DNA of 64,000 nt from NCBI GenBank assembly GCA_965153285.1, contig OZ229110.1; one strand, given 5' to 3'. The stretch is from Podarcis tiliguerta (taxonomy: Eukaryota). Below are positions 14,142-26,625 of this stretch, piece after piece. Position numbers and translations under genes: made by a program. The notes beneath the pieces were generated by a model. That model was not told where the DNA came from. It ran no database searches and worked only from the letters and a program-made list of their open reading frames with translations. The number at the start of each line of letters is the position of its first letter. The first letter of the stretch is position 1.

Positions 14142-14309
14142 GATCCTCTTTGCAAGCTCAGTGCTTAACCTGACTGAACTCGTTGCCCTTCGGCCTGACC
14201 TTGGCAAATTGAAAAAGGTCCTTTACTTCCATGAGAACCAATTGACATATCCTGTCCAGAAATGTCAGGAAAGAGACTTCCAATACGGGTACAACCAGAT
14301 TCTTTCATG
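14142..14309 (+). CDS. GTDC1: GTDC1/QTMAN internal coding exon (168 nt, phase 2-2), N-terminal DUF3524 region
   Basis: Acceptor ttccttgtttcttag|G and donor TG|gtaggt. Translation (R)ILFASSVLNLTELVALRPDLGKLKKVLYFHENQLTYPVQKCQERDFQYGYNQILS(C) closely matches the vertebrate GTDC1 sequence as I recall it (LFASSVLNLTEL, LYFHENQL, ERDFQYGYNQILSC). Confidence 0.96.
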
Positions 14310-16016
14310 GTAGGTGCATCTCTCATGCCCTTGTGTTTAATTGTTTTCTAGTATCTTCATGAACATGCCTCCAGGGGTTCTTTTTTCCTTTTTCTTTCAA
14401 TAATAATATATATACACAGACATACACAGAGTCCTACGTGATTTCCAGTATTTGCAGACAGACAGATGCACACACAATTCAACACTGAAAGTATCAGGTT
14501 CATTAGTATATACGACTTGCTGAATGCCAAGTATACCTAGATACTATTATGAGCGTCTCATTGTACTCCAGTAAAATGCGCTGATTTCCAGTATATACCT
14601 CAGTGCTTTTGCTTTGAGAGCACTTAACAAAAGGGGCAGTTAATCAACACTGGCTCAGCAATAGCTTTTACTGCATCCAGCTGAAATTAAAATAGAGGTT
14701 TTCAAGGGAGTAAACAAAAATTAAAATGTACTGCGGCAATGTTTTTAGTGAGAGAGGGTAGTAAACATACCAGATAAATCCTTACGTTTCTTTCATTGCG
14801 TATTCACAAATTGTGCAGTGGTAAAACACCCAGACATTTAAAAGGCTGTGGCCCTTTATTGTTACTTAAAACAAACATATTTCCTGAATATAAGTTAATG
14901 AAAGAAGTTAATAACAGCTACACTGAAAAGCTTTGTGATTAGGCGTTATACAAACCTAAAGTGAAACTGCAAAGCTGAATTGGCTTGAATTGAAATAAAT
15001 TCATTTACTTGGTCTATTTCACATATTTGTTATTAGAATTATTATAAGCATAGATTGAGCGTTTTAAAGCTAGATGTATAACATCTGCATCTTTGCATTG
15101 TAACTCAGATGAAAGACAAATAATGATCCCTATATACTCGAGCTTTTTGTAGCTGCCGTTCTGCTTTCGTTTGCAAAATGCTTCAGTTTTGCAGTAGCAG
15201 TATTCTGAGAATATAATGAAATGGCTTTGCCATGAAATGGTTCTTAAAAACAAATAGCAGCTTATAAAAAAATATTCCTCATCATTGCTACTGGAAGAAA
15301 TACATCATGAAATGTTAAACCATTCCCCCCACCTCACTTTTGCTTTTGAAGATGCTATCATTTCCTACATTATCTTTGAGCTTATGGGACCTTTCCAATG
15401 ATTTAGCTGTATTAATGGTCAAAATTTGTATTTTGAAGTCATATAAACACTGGGAATAATTCAATATTGCACAATTATGATCATTCCATCAGCACAAGCA
15501 GACCTTCCCTTGCTCCTTGAGCTGATTTGGGGTGTGGGAGGGCATGCAGGGGGAGGAGAGGGAAATACCCATTGTGCTAGTGGGTCTCATTGTACTGGCT
15601 CCTGTTAGTGCAACTGTTTTGTTGAATCCACCCCACTAGATCTGTTTCCTGAAATTCAGCTATACAGTGGGAGTGAATGAATGGGTGAGTGGAACTCCCA
15701 TCCTGCCCATTAACCTTGGCAAGTGTTGGGGCTTCTTCCTTTAGGACAGGTGTGGGCAGAAACACCTTGTGGGGTAATGGTATTTCTCTGGGTGATTTAC
15801 AGTACATTAACAGGGGTTTCTGACTTTCAGATACAAATCAGACAGCTGAAATAATGAATGTGTACCGGGGAACTATATGGGGATTTTTGTGTGAAAGGAG
15901 CACAAGAAGTTCATTTCTTGACACTAAAAAAATAAAATCTTTGGGGTGAGTTGTGTGCTTAGAAGCAACCCCGTTCCTTCATGCAAGGGCAGCATCCCTA
16001 CAAACATTCTATAGGG

Positions 16017-16157
16017 TCATGGAACTGTAGCATTGGAAGAGACCGTGAGGGTCACCTAGTCCAACTCCCTGCAATGCAGGGCTCTTTCACCCAAAGTGGG
16101 GCTCAAACCCACAACCCTGAATTTAACAGTCTCATACTCAACCAACTGAGCTATCCC
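16017..16157 (-). mobile_element. Short SINE with a tRNA-Lys-derived head and CR1-type 3' end
   Basis: Minus strand gggatagctcagttggttgagtatgagactgttaaattcagggttgtgggtttgagccccactttggg resembles tRNA-Lys(CTT). It is followed by cctgcattgcagggagttggactaggtgacc...tcttccaa. Confidence 0.75.
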
Positions 16158-16889
16158 AGGTCTTGAGTGAGTGTGTCACTGCATGTATATACCATAGTTT
16201 TCCTCCAGGCTCCATTCTGCACTTGGTTGTGGTGGGGTAGACCTGGGGTTCTAAAAAATACACCCTGCAAGCCCACCTCTACTATGCGTAATCAGCAGTG
16301 TGAGGTGATTCTCAATCAAACTGACAATGGCTGCTATATCTGGCATGGGCAGGGGGAAGACGGTATCTGCACATAAGCCAGTCTCTCCTTTTCCTTCTGC
16401 TGCATGCTCTTTGGCCTCGATGAGCCCTATGGAACATATCAGCCTGGGGAAAGCTCTCTAAATCTGCACTTGCTTAATTGTCTACCTCTTTCTCATCTAC
16501 TAAATAAGGAGCACTTTATCACACATTAGCTGCTGACATGTGTGGTATGGTGGGTGCCTGTCCCTAGGGCTGGATTAAGACCTTCAGAAGCCCTCAGCGC
16601 TGGAAAGATTATGGTGCCCCCCGCCCCATATGGAACTCAAAATCAAAACAATACTAAACTATTAAAAATGTATCTTTCAAAATGACACTAAACTTACACA
16701 TATCCTGAAATAACTATCAAGCGCAACATATGGCAGGATCCGATTTCCTGGCATTATTTTGATCTGTGGTAGGAGGACATATCTGCTCGTATAGGTGGGG
16801 ATAAGTAATAAAAAGAGGACAGAAAAATGGAGAAAGAGGAGTAGTAGTAGGAGTAGTAGAAATAGTAGGAGTTGTAGTTGTTACTATTA

Positions 16890-17131
16890 CAGTAGTAACT
16901 CGGGTTACATACGCTTCAGGTTACATACGCTTCAGGTTACACACTTCGCTAACCCAGAAATAGTACCTCGGATTAAGAACTTTGCTTCAGGATGAGAACA
17001 GAAATTGTGCTCTGGCGGCGTGGCAGCAGCAGGAGGCCCCGTTAGCTAAAGTGGTGCCTCAGGTTAAGAACAGTTTCAGGTTAAGAATGGACCTCTGGAA
17101 CAAATTAAGTATGTAACCAGAGGTACCACTG
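16890..17131. mobile_element. Tc1/mariner (Tigger-like) MITE
   Basis: TA...TA flanks, TIRs cagtagtaactcgggtta / taaccagaggtaccactg. Same family as 19507. Confidence 0.85.
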
Positions 17132-18105
17132 TATTAAAATTTGTATACTGCCCTATACCTGCAGGTCTCAGGGTGGTTACAACATGAAATCACAATATAG
17201 ACTTCTGGTGTGCTCATATCTCTCTGGATTGAAACCATCACTCCTAAGGCATAGCATATTAGCAGTATATTTGCTCAGAAGCAAAACAGACAGGATGTTT
17301 TTAAACGCATTCTATAAAGCTAATTGCCTTCTTTGCTTATGTATCGGTATTTCTGGCCTCGTGGCAGGAATTTTAATTGGAAAAGGAAATGCAAACTTTT
17401 TTATCCTTTCATTCTTTTTTATATATCCCCCAGAGGATATGCCCCTTTCTTCTTCTTTTAAATATACTTAAAAACCTGTATTTAACCCTGCTGCCATTTC
17501 AAATGCCTTGGGAGCACCATGTCCTCTCATACAGCGGTGGGCAACTTCAGACTTGGGGAGCAAATGCTGCTCTCCAGCCCTCTCTGTTTGGCCCTGGGGA
17601 CTCTCCCCAGGCCACACACTCCTCTCCAGCCGGAACATGTCCTTATCTCTAATGGTGCTCCTTCTTTTCTGGGATGGAGGATAGAAAGAGGTATGTGTAT
17701 GTGACTGTATCTAGAAACTAGCCTAGGTTACAAAGGCCAAATTCAGTTTTGCCTGTGGCCCTGCCACCTCTGGCCCCTGGAAATATGCTCAGAAGAAAAT
17801 GTGGCCCTCAGAATACCCACCTCTCTAATAGTTAAGGTGAGTGGGTAGTTCTGGGCTGCCCAGTAGGAGAGCAAAATAGAATTCCCCAAGAGAAAACTGA
17901 TTCTGCATTCATTTTCATCTGGGGCTTAATGGAGTGCATTCTCCACCGTCAACCCAAATCCGGTCCCTTTCTCAACTTAAATGGTTCTTTGGGGTGGGAG
18001 TGGATATTTGGTTTGCAGGAATAAGCACTTCTTCCAATCTCAATTAACTCCCCACTCCAGAAGACTGTTCTAAGTGCTAATTAGGAAGTCCTCCTAACCA
18101 GAGAA

Positions 18106-18463
18106 GGGATACGGGTAGCGCTGTGGTGTAAACCACTGAGCCTTGGGTTTGCTGATTGGAAGGTTGGCGGTTCAAACCCCACTACGGGGTGAGCTCCCGT
18201 TGTTCAGTCCCAGCTCCTGCCAACCTAGCAGTTCGAAAGCACATGAAAGTGCAAGTAGATAAATAGGTACCACTCCAGCGGGAAGGTAAATGGCATTTCC
18301 GTGTGCTGCTCTGGTTTCACCAGAAGCGGCTTAGTCATGCTGGCCACATGACCCAGAAGCTGTATGCCGGCTCCCTCGGCCAGTAAAGTGAGATGAGCAC
18401 CGCAACCCCAGAGTCGTTCACAACTGGACTTAACTGTCAGGGGTCCTTTACCTTTACCTTTTA
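18106..18463 (+). mobile_element. Sauria SINE (Squam1-type), full length
   Basis: tRNA-like head gggatacgggtagcgctgtggtgtaaacc...ggttcaaacccc, body ctagcagttcgaaagcac...gtagataaataggtacc, (accttt)n tail. TSD cctaaccaga at 18093-18102 and 18464-18473. Confidence 0.9.
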
Positions 18464-19506
18464 CCTAACCAGAATCCTGAACTGTAAGTGAATTAGAGTT
18501 GGGCAAGATGTGTCTGATGGGAATTAATCAGAGGAAGAAGAAAAGCCCTTTCTCAGGTTCTAATGAATTGTTCTCTCGCTTGGTGAAAAGCGGAAGGAGC
18601 CCTAATTGCTTAGCATCTTGGAATGGCTGACAGGGATGTGAAATTATTATCCGGAGACTTTTGCCATCAGGAGGCTTCAGAAGTTCATAGGAACATCTGG
18701 GACTGAGTGTTGGGCAGCCAACACAAAACCCAGGCAGGGTAGCCCAATAGCATAATTGGCATAATTCAGAATACCCCATAGCATCTTGTTATGGGTGTCC
18801 ACTTATATAATTCCGTTTTCCATATTAGATGCTTTAGGGAGCCAGGTGCTAGTGTGGGAGATTTCAGCAATGAGAAACCTTTATACAGAATCTGTTTTCC
18901 CTTAAGATATATGCTAAGTAAGCATGTGTTACTCCCCCCCCCCCCCATTTAATTGATTGAATTTAAGTGCTTGGGTTTCTATTTTGGCAATCACACACAA
19001 AACTATAGCGCACAGGCAACAACAAAAAATATTTTAAATGTGTGGTTCAAAAAAGTGTGACTGCCTGTCACAAAGTTTTGACAGAAATAAAGAAGAAAAC
19101 TTTTTTTGTCCCTTTTGTTCCCAGCTATTAGTTAAAAGCAAAAGAAATAGGTTAGCTCACTGGTTGTCATAGCTGAAAGAAAACATAGCTGAAAAAAGTG
19201 TTTGGAAAAATGTGAGATTTCAAAAATGGTTCCACTCCAGTTGTTGAGCTGAAAAGCACTAGAGTTCTGTTCAAATATTTCCTTGCTTTTCCTGCTGAGT
19301 CCTGCTGTTTTTCTGGGCAGTGTCAGTTTTCTATCTTGTCTATGAAGCAGTGAGAATTAGGAGGAGGAATGATTTTAACCCTGTGTTAGATAGTGTAAGT
19401 GGTAGTCTGGTAGATAGTGGAACTGGTAGACATGTACACACTGGGAAAGGGGTGGTGATAACTGAGGGCTGTGCCTGTTATCCCCAACCTCTTTGGGTTG
19501 ATTGTA

Positions 19507-19732
19507 CAGTGGTACCTCGGGTTACATACACTTCAGGTTACACACTCCACTAAGCCAGAATTGGTGCTTCAGGTTAAGAACTTTGCTTCAGGATAAGAAC
19601 AGAAATTGGGCTCCAGCGGTGCAGCGGCAGCAGGAGACCCCATTAGCTAAAGTGGTGCTTCAGGTTAAGAACAGTTTCAGGTTAAGAACGGACCTCCGGA
19701 ACGAATTAAGTACTTAACCCGAGGTACCACTG
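19507..19732. mobile_element. Tc1/mariner (Tigger-like) MITE
   Basis: TA TSD and perfect 18-bp TIR cagtggtacctcgggtta / taacccgaggtaccactg. Confidence 0.9.
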
Positions 19733-20656
19733 TAATAAGTTAGGTAAAGGCTTGTGTATGCAAGTGCCAAATAAGAGACCCATGCTGTCCAATTTTGCAT
19801 AGTATGGATTGCTATGTGCGGAGCTGCTGTGCCTTGGGATGTTTATGCATTGTCTCCTTCGCAGAAGTGATAATTTTAAGTCATCGTTTGTTTACCCAAA
19901 AGGTGATTTGTTTGAACATCCAACCCAGCCTAGGAGACTGTGGTTTATTTTTGGCCTACAACCCTTGGTTTGTTTTAACCATGGTTTCACATTCTCTCTG
20001 AACTCCAGCCTTGCTTACCATAGTTTGGCCACCTTACCCCATCAAGGCACAAGGAAGAGCAGCTGAAAAACAAACTCAGCTTTGGAGAAACAAGCCATGG
20101 CTTGTTTGTTCTTCTCCAAGACAACTCATGGATTGTTGAATAAACCATGGTTAAAATAAATGATGGCTTAGCATTATGCATGAACACAGACAATGTATGG
20201 AGTTCAGGAGAAGCTAGGGACACTTACCTCTTGTCCACCTAGGTCAGTAGTTGACACAGTAATAAAACCAACTTGCCCTGAAACCTGCCCTTAATTTCTG
20301 TTGCTATTGGTTTAAAGTTGGGGCGGGGACCTGTGCTGAGTAGTTGTTTATGGTATTGTTGGTTTAAGATTATGAAAACCTTTAGCTGCATAAAAAGATC
20401 CTATTAAGATTTGCTGGAAGGAGAGACATACATGGTCCTTTAAGTCTGAATTGATTTTAACATAGTTAGCTTGGTTTGCTCAGCTTGGAAATATTTCTGA
20501 CTTCTCTAATGCACATAAGAATTTGGGAGGAAGTGTAGTGCAGTGGTTTAAGAGAAGGTCTTTTCAGGTGTTATGGTTAAAAAGAGAACATGAACATATT
20601 AGTCTCAACTCCAATAACCCCACATACACTGTCCCCTCCTCCCAATACTCTGCCCC

Positions 20657-20772
20657 TGACTCAATGCCAAGGTTGCAGGTTTGATCCCCGTACGGGACAA
20701 TTGCATATTCCTGCATTGCCGGGATTGGACTATATGATCCTTAGGATCTCTTCCAACTCTGATTCCATGATG
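20657..20772 (+). mobile_element. Partial SINE with a tRNA-Ile-like head and CR1-type tail
   Basis: aatgccaaggttgcaggtttgatccccgtacgggaca...cctgcattgccgggattggacta...tcttccaactctgattccatgat. Confidence 0.65.
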
Positions 20773-21530
20773 CTCCATATTGAACAGGAAGATCTGAGGG
20801 AGCTTCTAAGCACATTGCGGTAGATGTAATTCAAAGCCTCAGCACAATTGGGCATGCTGATAAGGCAATATTCCCGATCATACAGAGGCAGCATTCAGTT
20901 GATTGAGCTTATAAACCCCTTTCAAACCTTCCAATGCTGTCAGATCAAGGGTGGAGCACACAGGACCAAGTGCATATGTGGATGCAGGGTTGGAGATGAT
21001 ACATACTTTCCAACTCATGTTTACATTTCCTTTTCAGTAACAAATCTGATTAGTGATAGAATGAGGTGAGCATTGAAACATCTCCCATCACCCCAGTCAT
21101 GGTGTCACTTAGTGGCCTTTGGCAAGCTGCATTTTGATCCGCAGCCTGTAATGCAAGGGGGCTAATACCAGGGTAGCATTTTGCCCATGTAGGAAAAGGC
21201 ACCATGGATACTAGCTTGGGTCCAGGGAATGGTAATGAAGAAAGCACATTTACTGCTGTTCCACAACCTCTTGTGCAAGACCTAGTACAAGATTTATTGT
21301 AGTACAGCACTGTTTCAGGGTTAAGGTTACAGTATAAGAAAAGGCCAATAGGTAAAACTGCAAAATGCAGTAAGCGAACTCCAGTGGGTCATAAAAAGTG
21401 AGCTTGCAAGTTTTGAGAACAAGGGATTGTTTGCCCAAGAGGTTGTGCCCATGAAGGAATTCTTTGGAAATTACTTTTGTCTGTAAAAACAGACCTTCTG
21501 TTCTTGGAAACAGTCCTTCTGCTAGCAGTA

Positions 21531-21883
21531 AAAAGTAAAGGTAAAGGACCCCTGACAGTTAAGTCCAGTCGCGAAGGACTCTGGGGTTGCGGCGCTCATC
21601 TCGCTTTACTGGCCGAGGGAGCCAGCGTTTGTCTGCAGATAGTTTTTCTGGGTCATGTGACTAAGCCGCTTCTGGTGAAACCAGAGCAGTGCACGGAAAC
21701 GCTGTTTACCTTCCCGCTGGAGCGGTACCTATTTATCTACTTGCACTTTGACGTGCTTTCGAACTGCTAGGTTGGCAGGAGCAGGGACTGAGCAACGGGA
21801 GCTCAGCCCGTCCAGGGATTCGAACCGCCGACCTTCTGATTGGCAAGTCCTAGGCTCAGTGGTTTAGACCACATGTCACCCGC
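21531..21883 (-). mobile_element. Sauria SINE, antisense, about 90 bp upstream of the exon acceptor
   Basis: Reverse complement of the same consensus (aaggtaaaggacccctgacagttaagtccagtc...gtggtttagaccac). Short flanking direct repeat agcagta at 21524 and 21889. Confidence 0.9.
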
Positions 21884-21973
21884 TGTAAAGCAGTAGGACA
21901 CCTTTAAGATATATTAAATAAATTGATGAGATGTGTTTAATGAATGAATTATTTTTCTCTCTTTTTTCATTAG

Positions 21974-22147
21974 TTTGGTTGCTGACGTCGTGGCGTTCAA
22001 CTCTGCTTATAATATGGAGTCATTTCTAACATCTATAGGGAAGTTTATGAAGCTGATGCCTGACCATAGGCCTAAGCATCTGGAAGAGTTAATCAGACCA
22101 AAATGCCAAGTCCTTTATTTTCCAGTGATGTTCCCTGATGTGAGCAG
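21974..22147 (+). CDS. GTDC1: GTDC1/QTMAN next internal coding exon (174 nt, phase 2-2)
   Basis: Acceptor tttttctctcttttttcattag|T and donor AG|gttggt. The first T completes TG|T (Cys) from the previous exon. Translation [57 protein letters not shown](R) continues GTDC1 in frame. Confidence 0.96.
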
Positions 22148-23059
22148 GTTGGTGGCTTTTTAATTTCTTCTCTCTGTTCTGTCCCATTCATGGTTCCTCA
22201 GTTCTCTTTATACTGATGATTATTTCCTGGAATTTTTTGCAAGGCTTGTATATCGGAAAATCAGAGGACCTATTACATTGCTGTTACATTTTCTCATTCA
22301 GAAGTCAACAACAGAAGACTATCAAGTGACTTAGCCAGGACAACAAGTACATATATTGAATATATGATTGGGCCAGGCACCAGGCTACCTTTGAGTTCCT
22401 GAGATATAAATTTCTCCCCCAAAGAAGCACATGCATTACTTTCCTTCACCACCACCCCATAATTGTTCATTTACACTTTCCCCTCTTCATCCTCTCTATC
22501 CATTTCTGAAGTTGCTTTGAAATCATCTGATCCTACTTGTTTCAAGGTGCAATGAAGTTGGGGGTGGAAGAGGTACTTTATTTGACAGAAGGAATAGTAT
22601 TTCACTCCAGGATACATTACCTGACTGACTTTATTAGATTTGTATTTTGCAAATAGCTATGGCCCAATTTAAAGGAGGCACTGTGATTGGATCTCTTATT
22701 GTGGTGGTTGTTTTAAGAAATTCAAAGCAGCAGCAGGAGAGCCCAAATTGAATTGGAAGAGTGGGGCTGGGTGTGTGTAACCCCCCCTTGCTTTTATCTG
22801 CCTGGTTTTAATGTGTGTGATACTAAGAACGCTTAACATTCAGTGGAACCCACTCTATCTCTTTCTTTGTGAGCCTTCTTATTGTGGGAGGCAAACCCAG
22901 AACATACAGAGTCATACAGAGACATAATGAGCAGCCTCTCTGGAGATGTAACTGCTGCTTCTCCACATCTGGTAGCAGATGATGTGCAAGACCTTTGCCT
23001 GAGACCCCTGAGAGCTACTGCTAGTCACAGTAGACAGTCCTAGAAGGTCTACCTGTCCT

Positions 23060-23410
23060 CACATCTGTATACCTATATTTTGAGATCCTCATTACCAGAG
23101 GCTGTTGTCTGGGTTCTCACATTGAGATATGGTGGGTGGCTACTGGTAGAAAGGTATTATCAGTGCTTATGCCCCATCTTTGAAACCCTCTCTTCAGAAA
23201 GAAACATGTAGCACCCATTCTGATATATTTTCTGATGCCAGACAAGGACACTTTTATTTTATCTGGCTTTTATACTTGTGTTGATCTGTTTTATTTTTGC
23301 TTATATATTGTTTCTGATATATTTGCTCGTTGTGTTTTAAATTATTTTATTGTAAGCCCCCACCCTGTGTAAGTTCCTTGAAAGGCAAGTATAAATCTTC
23401 ATAATAAAAT
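23060..23410 (+). mobile_element. Very degenerate L2-like 3' end inserted within a CR1/SINE tail fragment (about 22985-23050 and 23430-23480)
   Basis: ttgtaagccc...gaaaggcaagtataaatc terminus. The flanks resemble ctgagagctactgctagtcacagtagac...ctagatggacc...ctgattggtataaggcaacttc. Confidence 0.5.
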
Positions 23411-24702
23411 ACACATATAAATAAATATTGGACTAGATGGACCACTAGTCTGATTGGTATAAGGCAACTTCTCATATGCTAGTTCCTAGTTTGGAAATGA
23501 CTATGTTGCACTTTTGGAAGTGTAACAAATTTACTTTGCCTTTTAGTTTAGATAAGGGGCCGCCAGCGACTTTATATACGTTGGTTATTTTTAATATGTT
23601 TTCTTATTATTTAAAAAGTATCCTTTCTAAATTGAATACTGCGTTGCAAAAGAACACACAGTTCAGATTTCTTAATGTATTTATTTTAAAATAAATACTT
23701 TCACACCGGCTTTTGTTCAGGAGTTAATATGAAAGTTTCATGTACCCTTAAAATGTCAGTGTATTTTATATTGCTTGACATTGTATAAAAACTATTGGAT
23801 GGAATCCAGCATAGTATGAAAGGACTGCACCTTCCTCTTATCTTCCTGCAGCCACTTGCCCACCACAAATCTGCTGTGGAAGGGCTAACCTGACACCCCA
23901 GAATACATTTTGAGGGTGTGTGGAGGGACGTACCAGGATGGGAGAAAGAGGAAAATGAAGACTTGTTGTATGGTCGTATATGAATAGGGTTGGATACAGC
24001 CCCTTGTGTTTAGAAACCAATTATGGTTCCTGGCTCCAAATAAAAATTAACATCAGCCCAAGATGCCAAGGATTTAATTCTTACCAAGAACAACAATTCA
24101 TGACCCAAGTTGTGCATTTTCAGCTACAGCTACTGATAGTTGCTGTTTTCCCTCCCCCCCCCCCGCAAGATCATGTGTTAAATAAATCTTGAATGCACCT
24201 GTGGCAATTGAATGCAGTTTATTAATTTACTCTGTATTACTGCAGTGAAATCTAGCTGAATGGAAATGGAGGAGAAAAAGGTTAAGAAATATCATGGCCA
24301 AACTTAGATTCATAAAGCAAGCTCTTCGCCCAGAGTGGTTTTCGAGTTATTTTCAAATGGTAATTTGCTTTATCCAAACCAAACTCATACAGTGTAAGTA
24401 AGTGATTATTTGCATGACTGACAGTCATTTGAATGCCTGCAGTCTTTTAAAAATGCATAATTTTGCAGAGATGTTGGGGTGGGGGAAATATGAACAGCAG
24501 AATAACCAAGGTGATTTCTCTCTCCTCTCCTTACTTTGACCTCCTTTTTAGTTTTTATTGCTGTTAACATGATTTTCTTTGTATATGGGGAAGGAGATGA
24601 ACTGAAAACAAAATAAGGCAGTGCCATTAAGGATATGGCCATGATTTGTAAAATAATCTTCATTTTATGTTAATATTGTGTCTGTAAAGAAAAAACACAC
24701 CG

Positions 24703-24703
<1 letters not shown>

Positions 24704-24735
<32 letters not shown>
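24704..24735. repeat. (CA)n microsatellite
   Basis: Direct reading. Confidence 0.95.
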
Positions 24736-24737
<2 letters not shown>

Positions 24738-24884
24738 TTGGTCCTAGATGTGGGCTACATAGCTGGAGCAGCACATTTCATTTCACTTAAGAAAATCAAT
24801 TTTGTTTGTAGCTTTTCTTAACCAAAAATCCACATGTGTTCTAACAGAGAAGTTGTTGTAATTAAAATCTGAATGTAATGTATA

Positions 24885-25134
24885 CAGTCGTACCTCCGCT
24901 TACGTATCCCTCCGGTTGCATAAACTTCAGGATACATAAGTGGCAAACCCGGAAGTATATTTCTGGTTTTTTGCCATTCGTGCATATACAGAAGCGGTAG
25001 ACCGCTTCTGCGTATGTGCCGAAGCGGTGTACCGCCGCTCACACATACGCCGAAGCAGTCTCTCTGGTTGCAAAAACCTCGGGATCCGGCCGGACCTCTG
25101 GAACGGATTCCATCCGCAGCCGGAGGTACCACTG
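24885..25134. mobile_element. Related Tc1/mariner MITE with a different internal sequence
   Basis: TA TSD, TIR cagtcgtacctccg / cggaggtaccactg, internal hairpin cagaagcggtagaccgcttctg, CpG-rich. Confidence 0.8.
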
Positions 25135-25629
25135 TACTTAGAATTGAATTTTCAACAATGCACCAAATATTATTTGTCTGATTGGAATTGGTGTGGCAGT
25201 GTGGAGACAGATATTCCATTTTGAGTGAAAAATATTTGAATATGTATATTATTTTCATTTCTTTTTGGGGGAGTTAGGGCTCCCATTGGTGGTAGTTGCT
25301 TCTGCTGCATCACTGTATTTTGCAATAGAGATGCTATTGGATTTTTTTTTTTTAAATTACCCTTAAGTTGTGTCTTTAGCAGACAATTTTCATTTGCTTA
25401 TAATTAATGATATATATTTTAACCAATATATTTAAAATAATAAAAAATCAATACATTTAACCAAATCTTTTTCTCAAAAGTTCAGGATAGTGAAGAAAAT
25501 AAAACAGGATGAAACATGAAACTGTAAAACAACAGCAAGATGAGAGCAGAAATAACAATTGATACTTAAGGTTAAAATCACAAATCAAAAATAGAAAGCC
25601 CAAAAGAAATTGTGCCAAAACGAAGATTC

Positions 25630-25825
25630 AAGCCTAGTGTGGTATAGAGTGTTGGACCAGGGTTCAGATCCCAACTCAGCCATGAAGTTCGCTAGGTGAC
25701 CTTGGGCCAGTTGCTACCTCTCAGCCCAACTTATTTCCAGGGTTGTTGTGAAAATTAAATGAGAATAGGGAGAACCTTGGAGGAAAAGATGGGCTATACT
25801 TGAAATATTAAGTCATAAATAAAAT
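25630..25825 (+). mobile_element. Degenerate CORE/Squam3-like SINE
   Basis: ccagggttcagatcccaactcagccatgaagttcgctaggtgaccttgggccagt...ctctcagccc...agggttgttgtg. Confidence 0.6.
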
Positions 25826-25982
25826 AATTTATGTTGGGGAGAGGATTCCTGAGACAGGGAAGCACCCCATTGTGGGGCTACTGCCCACCTCTCCTCTGAA
25901 TATTGGGGAAGCTGATAATGGGAAGCCCTAGCAGGTTCACGTCAGAAAAAATGGTCTTAAAAGTAAGTAAGTAAGTATATTT

Positions 25983-26625
25983 TTATTTATACCCCGCCCT
26001 CTCCGGCCAAGACCAGGCTCAGGGCGGCTAACATCAAATACATGAAAACACAATCAAACAATGGATTAAAATACGGCTTAAAAATTAGAATTGGGATAAA
26101 ATTAAATGATTGCCCACGAATTACAACCATAGGGGTCAGGAACCTCAAGTATTCATCAGTGCCAGCTATCCATGTTGGTTCCACATGAGCTGATAAAAGG
26201 GCCAAAGAGGTAACTTACAGGGTCCCATAGAGGGGGTCAAACTGGGCCTGGACCGAAGGCCAGGTGGAACAGCTCCGTCTTGCAGGCCCTGTGGAAGGAT
26301 GTCAAGCCCCGCAGGGCCCTGGTCTCTTGTGATAGAGCATTCCACCAGGCTGAGGCCACAGCCAAAAAGGCCTTGGCCCTGGTTGAGGCCAGTTTAATCT
26401 CCTTGAGGCCTGGGACCTCCAAGATAGTATTATTTGCAGACTGTAAGGTCCTCTGTGGGACATACCAGGAGAGGCGGTCCCGTAGGTATGAGGGTCCTAG
26501 GCTGTATAGGGCTTTAAAGGTTGAAACCAGCACCTTAAACCTGACCCTGTACTCCACAAAGCCAGTACAGCTGGTATAGCACTGGATGGTTGTGGTCCCA
26601 CAGCAAGGACCCCATAAAGAGCCTC
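25983..26625 (-). mobile_element. L2-clade LINE 3' end
   Basis: Peptide EYRVRFKVLVSTFKALYSLGPSYLRDRL...RAKAFLAVASAWWNAL...FHRACKTELFHLAF is the typical L2 ORF2 C-terminus. 3' end agccgccctgag...gggcggggtataaataaa. Confidence 0.88.

Larger units (their letters stand above)
14310..21973 (+). other. GTDC1: GTDC1 intron (GT-AG, 7.66 kb) between the two visible exons
   Basis: Canonical gt...ag ends with phase-compatible flanking exons. Confidence 0.92.

Noticed and set aside
14310-14319. Tandem +4 donor (TG|gtag|gtgcat) that would create TGG TAG
   Set aside because: A GT at +5 is part of the normal donor consensus, so there is no specific evidence of use.
19960-20180. Imperfect palindrome rich in aaccatggtt motifs (similar at 48245-48560)
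   Set aside because: Most likely a decayed multi-copy palindromic repeat. Its ends and family could not be defined.
24818-25258. 146-aa minus-strand ORF
   Set aside because: Runs through a non-coding GC-rich MITE and has no transposase motifs.
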